From Lama guanicoe (lineage: Eukaryota): 64,000 nt of DNA. A program made the position numbers and the translations under genes. The DNA lies in the NCBI GenBank assembly GCA_013239625.1, contig MU054323.1:14059950-14123949 (forward strand), written 5' to 3'. Numbering within the stretch: position 1 is the stretch's first letter; each line of letters begins with the position of its first letter. Below are positions 13,105-25,953 of the stretch, piece by piece. Below the pieces are notes generated by a model. That model was not told where the DNA came from, did no database searches, and saw only the letters and a list, made by a program, of their open reading frames with translations.

Positions 13105-13640
13105 TAGAACTTTATTATTATAAAGCAAAGTACTCTAAAACCTAGTGGCTGAAAACAGCAATTTATGTTGCTCAAAACTTGGTCAGTCTAGGAATTCTGG
13201 AAGAGCCTGGCTGAGTGGTTTGTCTCTGATTCACATGGCATCATCACAAGGCACCTGATGTAAGGGCTCTGTTCCAAAATGATACCTTCACTCATATGTC
13301 TGGCACCAATGCACTCTTGGGCCTCTCTTTCTTTACCTGACGTCTTCTGTGTTCTTCTCATGTATCTTGGGCTCTTATAGCACGGCAGTCTCAGGTTACT
13401 CTGACTTCCTGCATAGCACTTGGCTTCCCCCAGAGCAAGTGTTCCATAAGCAAGACAGAGAGTGTTTCACAAGACAGAATGTAAAAGCTGACTGAGCCTG
13501 GAAACTAGAATAGCATTACTTGTGTTTCATTCCATTTATTAGAGCAGTCATAGAGCCTATCCATACTCAAGGGGAGGTGACGTAGAGACCATCTCTCAAT
13601 GGGAGGAATGACAGAGAATTTGCAGCTATCTGCTAATCTC
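13105..13640 (-). mobile_element. MaLR LTR, MLT1F/G/H-like
   Basis: aaaacctagtggctgaaaacagc...cccccagagcaagtgttcc...ctcaaggggagg...ccatctctcaatgggaggaatgacagagaatttgcagc. Confidence 0.85.
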
Positions 13641-14139
13641 TCTCTCACACACACAACAGATATATATACATGCTACCTATAAAAAGATTTAACCAATTTC
13701 AGAACCTAAAGCAATACACAGCATAATCCTTTGCAAAATGGATGACAAAAGCCATAAGAACTTGCCTTATATAAGAGGACCAGAGATCCCATCCCCCCTT
13801 TTCATTACTGTTGTCTCCTGATATCTTTTGGCAGAAGTTCTCCCCATACCTGTGGTTGATATCGTTTCTGATCCCAGAGCATGGGAGAACAGACTTCACT
13901 GAATGATTATTCTTAAGAGTCACTGATCTACCTATAATACAGTGCTAGGATTGTCTCTTCATTTCCCAGAGGGTGTGGCTGTGTTTGGACAATTCACCAC
14001 ATGCTATTTAGATGGCAGAGCAGGAATATAAGATATCTCTGCCAAGGAAATGCCATCTTTCAAAGCTGCAGCAGTAGTAAGAGCTATGATGGCAGTTCCT
14101 TAATACCAGAAAAATAATAACCTCACAGAAGAGACATGA

Positions 14140-14300
14140 TCTGGGCTGATCTAGCTGTTTGACCTTATACAAATAATTGTATTTTCTATGTACTTTCTTT
14201 TATAAATGGAGTCAATAATTTTGTTTCTAAGGGGTTGTTGTGAGACTAACACGAGGGCACTCAAATGGAGTCACAGTATCTGGAAAAGAATTGGATATGA
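14140..14300 (+). mobile_element. MIR SINE fragment
   Basis: tagctgtttgacctt...tataaatggagtcaataat...ggggttgttgtgagactaa. Confidence 0.6.
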
Positions 14301-14574
14301 ATTTTGGACTATTAATATTAACATTATTATTGTTAAGGAACAATATGAAAACATAGTAGTATTGCCAGATACAGAGTTGAAGTACCTTAGCATTCATGAT
14401 ATCTAACATATTAATATTTAATATCAAAATATAGTGGGTTGTATAAAAGAGTTGTACAGAATCCTTAAATTAGTGCCAGCTATAAGTACACTAAAGAAAT
14501 TCCTTAATATAACCTTTGTGAAATTATGGCACCTAAATTATTAACAATAATTAGTAGTAGTATTGTTAACACAC

Positions 14575-15500
14575 ATCATCAAATATTCAGCCAGTGTTCA
14601 TATTTCCCCAATTGCCTTGTCATCATCATTTTGTTTTACCATCTGTTTGTTTGCATAGGGATCAGAATAATGTCCAATATTGTTGATATGTCTTTTAATT
14701 GTCTTTTTAAAAATAAGCTTTTTATTTTAGAATAATTTTAGATTTACAGAAAAGCTGCAAAGATAGTAGAGAGGGTTTCTGAATGCCCTTCACTCAGTTT
14801 TTGCTAATGTTAACATCTTATAAAACCATGATACATCAAAACTAAAGAATTAACATTGGTACAATATTATAACCTAAGCTACAGACTTTATTCAAATTTC
14901 ACCAATTTTCCTATGAATCGAGGATTCATTCTAGGAGATCACATTATATTTAGAGTTTAGACTCAAATTCTAGTTTTCTCTTGCATCTTTTTTTCTTCCT
15001 TACAATATTTTCTATGAGAAACCAAAAGATTTTTCTTGTAAAATTTCTCTAGTGTAAATTGGAGTTGTACTTTCATGCTATTTCAAACATACTTCTTTGT
15101 ACCTTGAATTTATCGTGAATTGGTATTTGCTCTGAAGATATGATCAAATCCAGGTTCAATTTTTAAAATTTATTCAGTTAATATTGGATAAACTATTTAA
15201 TAGGCAGTGTAGTATACTTTCCTAAGGAAGTTCATAAGTCTGGTTTTCTCTGTTTCTGATGTTATAAGTAACTAAAGATCATTGTTTAGGTTCACTAATC
15301 CATCAGGGAGCTGCTAAATGGTGATATTCTAATTCTATCATTTTCATTGTATGTCAATTGCAATATTTCCAGAATTTCTCCTCTTCAGCTGTAGTATAGC
15401 TGATATAAAAATGCAGAATAAATATTTAATTCCCTCCCCCCATATTTACTAGTTTGAATGTGGTAATATGGTCGTTTCCTACCCTATTTCAGAGTGATTT
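14575..15500 (-). mobile_element. Old L1 3'UTR (L1MC4/5-like) interrupted by a second L1MC-type 3' end at ~14705-14955
   Basis: Inner element: ttttagaataattttagatttacagaaaagctgcaaagatagt...acagactttattc; outer: aaatggtgatattctaattctatcatt-type L1MC 3'UTR motifs. Confidence 0.7.
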
Positions 15501-15535
15501 TATTTATAATGTACTCTATTTTCATGGTTTTAGTT

Positions 15536-17142
15536 CTTTTTTTTAATTTTATCTTTTATTGAAAAACTATTGGTTAGAGCAATTTTAAGTTTATAGAAAA
15601 AATGAGCAGAATGTACAGAGAGTTCCCTCCCAAATACTCCTCACCACACAGAGATTCTCCTGTTATTAACATCTTGTGTTAATGTGGTGTATTTGTTACA
15701 ATTAATAAAATAGTATTGATACATTATTATAACTAAAGCCCATAGTTTACATTAGGATTCACTATGATGTTCAGTTCTATTAGTTTTGACAAATGTATAA
15801 CTTTATCAGATAAGTGGTTAACAAATATTTTCTTTCAGTCTGTGGATTATCTTTTCATTCTCTTAGGAATGTTTTTCAACAGAGCATATGATTTTAATTT
15901 TAATGAAGTTTAACTAGTTATCTTTTTCTATTACGGATTGTACTTTTGGTGATGTATCTAAAAAGTCATTGCCAAATCCAAGGTCACCTAGATTTTCTCC
16001 TATGTTATCTTCTAAAAGGTTTGTAGTTTTACATTATACAATTAGGTCTATGATCCATTTTGAGTTGTTATTTGTGAAAGGTATAAGGTCAGTTTCTAGA
16101 TTCACTTTTCTGTGTGTAGATACTTAGTTGTTCCAGAACCATTTGTTGAAAAGACTTTTTTCTCCATTGAGTTTCTTCTGCTCCTTTGTTAGAGATCCAT
16201 TGACTATATTTGTTGGCTCTATTTCTGGGCCCTCTGTTCTGTTCCATTAATTTACTTATGTATTCTTTCCTCAGTACCACATTTCTTGATCACTGTAGCT
16301 TTATAGTAAGTTTGAAGTCAGGTTGCACCAGTGCTCTAACACTCTTCTTCCTCCTCCTCCTCTTCTTCTCCTTCTGCTTCTGCTTCTTCATTATTGTGCT
16401 GTCTATTCAGCATCTTTCTCAGATAAACTTTAAAATCAGTTTTTTGATAAACATAAAATAACTTGCTGGGATACAGACTGGAATTGGGATTGTGTTGAAT
16501 CTGTATACCAATTTGAGAAAAACTAACACATTAACAATATTGTGTCTTCCCATCTATAAACATGAAATATCTCTTTGTTTAGATCTTCTTTAATGTCTTC
16601 AATCAGTTTTTTTACATTTTTTCATATAGCTCTTATACATATTTTGGTAGATTTATACCTATGTATTTCATTTTGAGGAGTGCTGATTTAAGTGGTACTG
16701 TGTTTTTATTTTGAAATTCCAGTTGTTGATTGCTGGTAAATAGGAAAGAAATTGGTTTTTGTAAGTTAACCTTTTTCTTGCAAGCTTGCTATAATTGTTT
16801 ATCAGTTACAAGAGTTTTGTTGTTGTTTTTACATAGGTAATCATGTCATCTGTGAACAAAGACAATTTTATTTCTTACTTCCCAGTCTATTTACCTTTTA
16901 TTTTCTTCTCTTATTGCATTAGCTGGACCTTCCAGTATGACATTGAATAAGACTGAGAGAGCACATCCTTGCTTTGTTCCTAATCTTAGGGGAAAAGCAT
17001 CAGTTTTCTCACCATTAAGTAAAATGTTAGCTGTAGGTTTTTGGTAAATACCTTTTATTAAGCTGAGGAAGTTGCGTTCTATTCTAGTTTGATTAGAGGG
17101 GTGGGTATTGGATTTTGTCAAATGCCTTTTCTGCATCTACCG
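15536..17142 (-). mobile_element. L1MC/MD-type LINE-1 (3'UTR + internally deleted ORF2 including RT region)
   Basis: 3'UTR agcagaatgtacagagagttccc...aactaaagcccatagtttacattagg; ORF2 peptide LIKGIYQKPTANILLNGEKTDAFPLRLGTKQGCALS; abrupt jump at ~15800 from 3'UTR into ORF2. Confidence 0.9.
16343..16390. repeat. (CTT/CCT)n trinucleotide tract inside L1
   Basis: tcttcttcctcctcctcctcttcttctccttctgcttctgcttcttc. Confidence 0.8.
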
Positions 17143-17194
17143 ATTCAGTTTTCTGTAAGGTTTTTTGGTAGTCCTTTCTTTGTTTTCAGAATCT

Positions 17195-17790
17195 CTTCAT
17201 GTATTAGAGATATAACATTTCAAGTGACAGTAAATTTAAATGTACAATTAATAGGTTTAATGTCAAACTCTAGACTCAAAATATCTGATAGGCTTGAATT
17301 TCAAGCTGAAATCTATAATAGATGAAAGTTAACTCTTGCAAAATGGGGAAAAAATTAGTTTGGCAGAAGTTCTTGGAAGAAATACATAGCAAATTTTTTT
17401 GGACAAAAATTTATTATTAAATAATAGTGTGACCTTGCTGATTAACAACCATTTTCTAGTATTTGGTTTTTATTTTCTAGGTGGCAAATTTTAAGAGAAT
17501 CAGAAATGAAGGAGTGTGTATTTTGCATTATTTTTATAATTATTACCCTGCTGTAAGGATGTGCTGAGACCTCAATACCATAAGGTAGTTGAGATAATAA
17601 CAAGAATAAAAGTTAGCAAATGGAGGACTTAATGTGGATGCATGATAAAGAAATGAAAAAATTTAATGAGTTGCTATGTAAAAGAAAATTTAGATGTGTT
17701 CTCTATTTGCACAGAGGAGAACTAAGAGTAGCAGCTAAAACTGAAAAGTAAGACATATTTTAACTAACGAACATTTTACTTATATATAAA
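17195..17790 (+). mobile_element. CR1/L3 LINE, C-terminal RT and 3' region, decayed
   Basis: SDRLEFQAEIYN..MK resembles CR1 LDRLEQWAESNKMKFN; downstream tttggcagaagttcttggaagaaa and aatagtgtgaccttgctg follow the L3 motif order. Confidence 0.65.
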
Positions 17791-20700
17791 TGTTGCCATT
17801 AATGTACTTGACGTCTATCATTGTTTTTTAATTGTTGATGGAATAAAACAAATTCCTGGGGTATGCTGTATGTAAAGTTGCTACGTGGGATGGAATGTTA
17901 GGTTAATGGAAATCTAAAGATACCTTACCATTTAAAGTGTCTAATTCTCTTAGAGCTCACTTGAAGAAACAGATTCAACCATAAAGCACGTGATGTTTGT
18001 ACAGCCCTGAGTGGGGATGCTGAGCAGCCAGAGTAAGGTAGACAGAACATAAAAGACTATGAGCCAAAGAGTAAGGGTTGGTAAAAGCAAAAAGTGACAG
18101 AAAATACAACTTCCTCACTCGTATAGGAATAAGCCTACAAACACATGCTCTTCCAGTGGCCCAATATTAACATGAATAGTGTATCCTACACCCACCCCCA
18201 CATCAGTTTTGAAAGACAGGTCATTTTTACAGGGCTATTTCCTTGAAATAAGAATAGCTCTGAAAAGACAGAGTTGAAGTAGAATGTTCAGGAGCGTGAC
18301 TGACCTCAAGAAAACATTTGCTTTGAGCTTTCTGTGGGGCAGGAAAAGTTAAAAGATCCCCCCTAGAATTTTACTCCAGCTTACAATCAATAGCAAGAGA
18401 GTGCCCACATTCAGCATCAAAAGACTCATAGGAGAAGGAATTTTAGTTGCTATGACAGAAAGAGATATCTGTAAGTCAGTCAAGAAGATGATACAGCAAG
18501 TTATAATCCTTTTATAAAGAAACATTTCTTTGGTTAAGGTCACTTATTAGCAAGGGATGAACCTCTAGAAAATAAATGGTTAGCAGAGGTTTTTTTTTTT
18601 TCTTCTTCTTTAGTGTGAACCGCGTAATAGGATTTTTTTTTTAACATGGTGAATAATAATTAGTTGGTATTCTGTTCTCCCATATGAATAAATTTAAATC
18701 AAATACTTTTTTGTTTAAGGGTGACAGAGAAGATGACAATAGCCTTGCTCTTTTAAGTAACTCCATTATAATTAGGGAGACAAAAGAAGGCATAACTTCA
18801 GCAGATCATTAGAATTAAACTTGATACCAATTACACTGTCAAAAAATGAATATAATTGAATACAAGTCAACAAGCTTTCACTATGTTATTTATATAAAGA
18901 TACTTAAAACTCAATTTAATCAATCTTATGAAGCCTGGCTGTAAATAATATAATTGGAATTGGCTGAAGAATTTCACGTGGAATGAATTCATACCTTTCC
19001 TTGATGTCTTATACAATTAGGGCATATGCAGTGCATGGCTTTCAGTGTTTACTCTAAATGTTAAAACTCTCATTGTATGAGACCTAATTGACACATTTCC
19101 AATTATTCTTTTCTTTTATGCTATTCTAAATATGTGTCACTGACATTGAAGAAATACCCCAATTAGGGATATAAAGGCATAAACCTATCTCTTGTTGAGA
19201 GAGGCAGAGGAACCTTGTAAATGAATTTTTGTCCTGCCCTACGCTGTGCTTCATTGACCTGAAGCAGTGAGAACCCCACCCTGTATGCTTACCCATCTGC
19301 TCTCTTCTCCCTGTTTATAAGGGTAATCTGTATAAAAATATACATTGATCACTGGAATACTTGAAAAAGATAATTTTCCAAGAGCAGCAGAAATAATCTT
19401 TATTGTACCTTAGAGTTAAATTTGTACTGGAACAAATTGCCATATTCTGTCTGTAAACAAATGCTATTTCTGAAGTAACATGGTTGCTTTTTACTTTGTT
19501 ACCAGTAGTGTGATTCTGACAGTTAGTCCAATTGTCTGGATAGATTTTTGGTGCTTACTAATTTCTTAAAGTAAAAGAAAAAAAATACATACTCAGTGAG
19601 TATACTGGCAGGCCATTAATATAATGTCTACTCTTTGTATTAGTGAACGAGATACATAAAAGTAAAGAAAAAGACATTTTCCCAAATGTAACAGTGCCAC
19701 CCTCCACTGATGTTGTTGTAAAAGGTAGACTAGTACAAACTTCCAGATGCATTTTTGTCACTCATCTGATTAAGCGTGCAAATGCATGACAACATGACTT
19801 CATGTATATTTTGTTTTTTTCACAGATTATTATAATAGTGGTTTCTAATTTTCCTACTTTATATCTAACCATTATTTTTCTTTGACAGATAGGGAACCCA
19901 AACTGCAGTTTATTGTCATCCTTAAAGGAGTGAGTGAGAGAGATGAACAAGGCCCCAGACTGGGTAGGGGAGGAGCCTGTTAACCAAGCATTGCTAGTAA
20001 ATGGCCTCCCATATAGTCCTGAAGTGAGCTTGCCATCCCATCAAAGCCCTAGTGTTGACTTCCTCATAACTCACAACCTACCTTCCTATTTGAGAAAGGA
20101 TGAAAATACTAAGGAAAATTTAAGGGTGGCAAAGAGGTTCCATTTAAAAAACTAATGCCCCTGAGGGCTGCAGTGTTGTGTTGAGGTTTCTGAAGCTGTG
20201 TCCCTCCTCATCTAGGGGTGAAGACCATTAGAATACATTGGTGAGCGCTGCTAAGCAACTGAGGACAGAAAGGAAGCAAGGCGTATTTTCCTTGAATCTA
20301 GCATCATAGTGATAATTCTTGCCAGATTAGTAGTAAGGATTCATAAGTGAAGCAACATATCAAAGGCAATTGATAATGTAGAATTTGAGTATACATCACA
20401 TTTCTAGTTAACTCCTCTTATCAATAGAAAGATCACACATGGGTAACTGACAGGTAGGGTCAACAAGAGACCAAAGAAGAGTGGACACTTAGCATTTACT
20501 ATGAAAATCCTCTGTCCCTTCTAAATTACTTCTTTGTCCTCTCTAGAATAAGTATATTCCCTGTGGAGAGCTGGTGCTTTTGAAGCAAAGGCCAAAGTTT
20601 CCATCCTTGTATGAACCACTTAGAATCAGAGGAAAAAGAATAACAAAACATAAGACAAACAAAGAAAAAAGCAAACTTCACAGGAGTAACAACAAAAGTA

Positions 20701-20916
20701 AAGGTCTAGGAAGTGGAATTAGGAAAGCACCTCAAAGTGTATGCTATGCTAACACAAACATAAAAAATGTGTAATTTCACCAGGCCGAGGGATGCCTTAT
20801 TATAGACTGTTATAATCAGGAGTGGTTTTTAGCATTTGAAAAATGACTTTGGACTCCAAAGAATAAATACTTCATATATAAGAAGTGAAAATAAATATTT
20901 TGTTTAATATATACAT

Positions 20917-20946
20917 AGAGAGAGAGAAAGAGAGAGAGAGAGAGAG
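20917..20946. repeat. (GA)n microsatellite
   Basis: agagagagagaaagagagagagagagagag. Confidence 0.9.
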
Positions 20947-21485
20947 GGCGGTTATCTATTACAATGGACATTTTCTTAGGACAAAAACAAACCTCCATTG
21001 CAAGCCAAACCAAATTAACTCATACATTTCATGTAGTCACTTAATAATTCAGTCACACCATGCGCCTGGCACTACAGTAGGCACAAGAGATGGAAAGATG
21101 ATCCACATCAGAGAAGACAAGTATCACTCACATATAATTACTTAATTATAATTGTGTTAAATGCTATTGAGAATAGATATTCACAGCTTCACTTGGGTTT
21201 TCCATTGCATTATAACCATTTTAACAGAATAAAATGAATGGCTTTAAAAAAATGTCCTCGTTTTAGTCAAGAAAAGGAGCTAAGTTAATGAGGGAAAAGA
21301 AGTGAGCACAACTTTGTGTCAGGCTGAGCTTCCCTTTCCATTGGACTTTTCTATTCATTGCACCCCAGACTTGGCCTACATTCTTAAGCTTGGCCCTTTG
21401 TACTCTCATTTAGAAGCACCTTTCACGCCCTTCAAGATTAGCTCAAGTACCACTTCCTTGCTGACACCTAACTGGAATCAGTAAT

Positions 21486-21869
21486 TGTTGGAGGAGGTCA
21501 TTGAGAGGTCATGACTGCTGTCCTAACCTGCCAGCTGAACCCAGGCAGCGGGAGGCTCCTCACCATCTCCTCTGTCCTTGAAATGTACATACTGCTCACT
21601 GTTCTCACAGTGAGCCATTTTCGATCATGCTGCCTTGAGAGAGTAAGGTGTTCTTGAGACCATCTGAACTGAATAAATACGTGATTGAACCCAGTTTAGA
21701 ATGCTATATAGATTTTTAAGAGTCTGATGGCTGGTGCAGGTCTGTGGCTGCCCAAGACAAGCCTTGTGTGCAGGTTCCCTACTCTGCCATCTACCAATCT
21801 GGGGTGATCTGCCTCTTTCTTCAGTGTCTCTTTGCCCTCTGTGCATGGGTGCCAATTTGTGAACCAACG
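21486..21869 (+). mobile_element. Solo LTR, ERVL-class (MER54/MER74-like)
   Basis: tgttgg...ccaacg terminal inverted ends (CA mutated to CG), 5-bp TSD gtaat/gtagt (21481-21485, 21870-21874), TATA ctatatag, gcccaagacaagcc motif. Confidence 0.8.
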
Positions 21870-22419
21870 GTAGTAAGAACTAATAATTCTTTTTTTTGGG
21901 TGATTTTTGTTTGTCTGTTTTTACCTCTGCTGTGTTATGTATCTTTCATAGTTCTTACTACATTAACAATTTAAACTTGTTTTCTACTGAGTTTGGAAGT
22001 TAACTGAAGGTAAATTTATCCAGTTTATCTGATGTGATTTATTAAATTATGTCTTTTCTCCTTTTACCAGTTCAATAGTAGAGGACATTATTTTACTAAC
22101 ATCATTGATAGGATAAAAATTGGTGAATTAAGTATTTGCTCATAGAAGGAAGGGCCCTTTTCTGTGTCATAAGATGGTATTTTTAGATGAAAATACCAAA
22201 GTGAGAATCATATTTATTTAAATATCATAAAAATGTCAGTCAATAATAGCAATTATTAATATTAATGAACATAATTTAATGGAAACTTCCTTGAACATAC
22301 AGTTTCTCAGTCACACTTTATGGAAAAATACTGTTTGAATTTTCCCCCAAATTATGCAGAGATTAATGAATATCAGATTTTTCAATTATAATAGATAGAA
22401 TGAAGAGAGTGCTTCTCGA

Positions 22420-22670
22420 GACTCCCTTTAGAACTCCTTAAAACCTTAGCTTGCTGTGTACATCAACCCTAAACTATTATATCATGAAGTTTATCCAACG
22501 CTAATTAAATACATTGCTTTAAACCAGGCCCCCAAATCTCACAGATACCCCAGTTTTGCTGTTCTTCCTCTGAAATGCTATTCAAATTGTCAAGATAGTG
22601 ATCTCCCTTGCTGCAATAAGCAATAAACTCATTTTTCTTATCAACAGGTAATTTTAGTAGCATTTTATCA
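22420..22670 (+). mobile_element. Old ERV1 LTR 3' fragment (MER110/MER90/MER67-like)
   Basis: gtcaagatagtgatctcccttgctgcaataagcaataaactcatttttcttatcaacagg with polyA signal. Confidence 0.55.
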
Positions 22671-23174
22671 ATTTTTAAAATGACTAAACATTTCATTAAC
22701 AAATTAGAGTTTATGCACAGCAGTCAAAAAAACTGTTTTCCAACTTAGGTTTGAGTTCAACAAATTTCTGTTTGTTTGTTTAAAGTGTTTAAAGTAGTAC
22801 TTGGCATTCTAATAAAATGTATAAAGCTGTACTTTGATAAGGTGGATAGTGTTTGAAATTTCAAATCAAATATATCCAGGCTTTTATTAAATACAAAAAT
22901 GTATCCCAAACCATTTCCTTTGCTTATTTGGTAGTTTGGAATTTATATATGAGTGCTTGCTTTCATTCAGATAAAAAGGTTGAAATCTGATTCTCCAGTA
23001 CTACAGAAGCAGTGAGTTTCTTAAGTCATCATAAACCACTGTGGCTTCAAGTATTTTTTTTTTTAATAAAAACCTGTGGTTTGTTCTGTAACTATCTTTC
23101 ACTTGTTTCTTCTATACAGCTTCTTCTCAGAATAATGATGTTTTTCAATCAGTTAGGTAGCTTAAAGTAACTGA

Positions 23175-23404
23175 AACAGCATTGGATTTGGATGAACCTG
23201 AGTTTTACTCTTTGTTCTATCTCATACCATTTTTGTCAACATTGAAAACTGCCTCATCTTTTTAAGCTTCAGTTTGCTCAACTGCAAAATGGGAATAATA
23301 TTGCAGAACTGCTAGATTTACTGTGAAGATGAAATGAAATGGGGAATGTAAATCACCTAGTACAGGGCCTGGCATGTAGGAAGCACTGAGTCAATAACAA
23401 CTAT
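23175..23404 (+). mobile_element. Near full-length MIR
   Basis: gcttcagtttgctcaactgcaaaatgggaataata...gtgaagatgaaatgaaat...cctggcatgtaggaagcact. Confidence 0.85.
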
Positions 23405-24196
23405 CTTAATTTTTGTTATTTACCATGTTATCCAAGGGCCTCACTTTAATGAGGATAGTTTTTCCTTCTAAATGATTCTACTTTTTGCTATCATGTGCCT
23501 ACCACTTCACTGTTTGTTTAACTGGGATACTTCTTTAGCTTATCGTACTTCTCTGCAAAGTGTTCCACGAATAACATACTTTTACAGAGTCTACGTTTCA
23601 GTTGTTCAGAGAACTCCACTGTCTTGCAGAGCTGTAAGCCTTAATTTAAGCTGATACTCAAATTGTGAGCCAAATGCTTGCCTAAGATATTATTTTTTTT
23701 CTTTTTTGAGTAAAATGAATCTTGTATTTAAAAAAATATATATTATTTTAAACCATAGCAAATCTAATCTATCATATAACCTCAGGTACTTTAAAATTGC
23801 CAATCTTTATGTATTCTGATGCATTTTTTAAAAACATACAATTCAATAATTCTATACTCTGGATTTTATATATGACATACATACCTAAGACATTTTATGC
23901 CGTACAGTAACTTTTCCGACTTCTTATTTCAGATAGCTCTACAGTGAAGAATTGACCTCTCTTTGTCCTCAAGCAAAGGACCCCTGGTAAGTTTCAGAAG
24001 CATAAATTCATTTAAGTGAGAACTTTAGAGTTGTAGTAGTCAGTCAGCAATTCAGAATATGCTGTGAGGGAACAACTCCATTGGCTAGCTCTCCCACATA
24101 ATCTACAGGCATTATGTCTTCTTTGTATGTGAGGGTAACTGTACTAATCTTCTGTAATCAGTAGCATCTGTTGGCTTTCAATAACAAGATAAAAGA

Positions 24197-24370
24197 ATTA
24201 TAAATTCTAGAAGGTACAAAGTAGGACCTTGAAGTTGATTTAGTCCAGTTACCTTCTAAGCAGCTAGAGGCTTAAAGACTCACTCAAGGTGACACTGCCC
24301 ATTAATAAGATTTGTCTCTGGTACTCAGATTCTGTAACTCCCAGCCTAGCACTCTTCCTACTTTACCTCA
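24197..24370 (-). mobile_element. MIR3/MIRc fragment
   Basis: ggaccttgaagttgatttagtccag...gactcactcaaggtgacac...ctcccagcctagcactctt. Confidence 0.7.
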
Positions 24371-25074
24371 GATTTGGTTTGATTCATGCTCTTTCTCACT
24401 GTCTCCGTTGGATTAATGGTATACATTCGTGAGATGGATGACCAGGGCTTTTGTCATTTTTCTAAAGAGATGTCCATCTACCCTCTTCAGCTCAACAGAA
24501 TTCATGCAAACTTTGCTTTCGATGTCTCCTTTATTTCTGTTAACTCTGGAAAAATTAGAAAAAAATGCCAGTATCAGGCATGGCATTGATCCCATTAGAA
24601 ATCCTTTTCATCATAAACAACAAATAGTTGTTGAACATTCACTGTGCTTATAGCATACTCTATCATTTTCCTTTTTCTCATTCTGCTGTGTGTCTCTCTC
24701 AATCTGTATATTTCTTCTAGAGGACACCTTTTGCTTAAAATTGTTCTCAGTTTTCTTGTACTCAAAGAAATAATCCATGTGTGAGCCTGATTTTATACAT
24801 AGGTATTTGCTTTTGAGGAAGTGCAAACCTCACACACTTGTTAAAGTACAGATGGCTACTCTACAGTAGGCTTTCACCATGAAAGCAAGATAATCAAACT
24901 ACCTTCTACAACTGACAGTTTATTTATTCAATACCAAACATTCCTATAGCTATATTACTGCTCCATAAATATTTTTTAAAAAGTCACAAAGTTACTGTGT
25001 CTATTATGAATATGGAACAAAGAGGGAACAAAGACAGATCAGTTCAGTGCTTCATGGGTTAGTCTTGGTGAGAA

Positions 25075-25810
25075 CTAATGAGGAGTGGGAGATGTGGTCT
25101 TAGAGACGGAAATAAGTGTATAGGTTTGGAAAAGTTGAGCCAAAGAATTTGCTGATGAGTTGCATATGGGATGTGAGGGGAAAAAGCACAGTCAAGCATA
25201 ATGTCTAAGTTTTTAACACAATTGTTCAAATTGTATTATTGTTTCCTAAGATGACAGGCAGGAAGGATTTGGGGGAGTATGTGTCAAGATACTTATTAAA
25301 TTTCAAAATGCTTAATATATGTTCACTTGCAGATGTCTAGGTGATTGTTGACTCTATGGCAGTGGAATCCCTGGGGAGAGATGGGAGTCATTGCTGTATA
25401 GATAGTATGTTAAAAATGCTGTGGACTTCGAGAAGGTCGCATGGGAAGAGTGTGGAAAAGATGACTGGGTTAAATACTGAGTGAAAGGAATTGAGAAGTA
25501 GCATCCAATGGGGTGGAAGAGATTAGGGAATATTAAAATCCAGAATAAGTTATTTTAGAGAGACTAAGTGGTCAGCTGTTCCAAATGCTGCTGAGAGATT
25601 GGTAAAGTGAGGGCAGAGGAATGCCCATTGGTCCTGGCAATTTGCAGCTCATTGGTCATCTTGACAAGAAGGATTTTAGTGATATGATGAGGAGGGATGA
25701 GCAATTAGAATGGAGCTGAAGAGAGAATGGAAGCAGAGGAAAATGGCTTTAGCAGAAAAAAAATTAGTTCAACAAATTTGGAGATAAAAGAAATGGGGTT
25801 GTAGCTGATG
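25075..25810 (-). mobile_element. L2 LINE fragment
   Basis: gaatttgctgatgagttgcatatgggatgtgaggg; gtggtcagctgttccaaatgctgctgagag; tcattggtcatcttgacaagaag. Confidence 0.85.
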
Positions 25811-25936
25811 AGATAATTGGAGTTATTATTAAACAAACAAAAACCAGATAGGATCATACTATGTAACACACTCTAGTTTTGATGTGCAGAAAATAAATGG
25901 TTTTGCTTTGTCTACTGCTGTGCTTGTCTTCTCTTA

Positions 25937-25953
25937 GCTGCCACCTGCTGGCT
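25937..25953 (-). promoter_or_regulatory. Candidate CTCF binding motif
   Basis: Minus strand AGCCAGCAGGTGGCAGC fits the core consensus CCASYAGRKGGCRS; motif only, no binding data. Confidence 0.5.
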
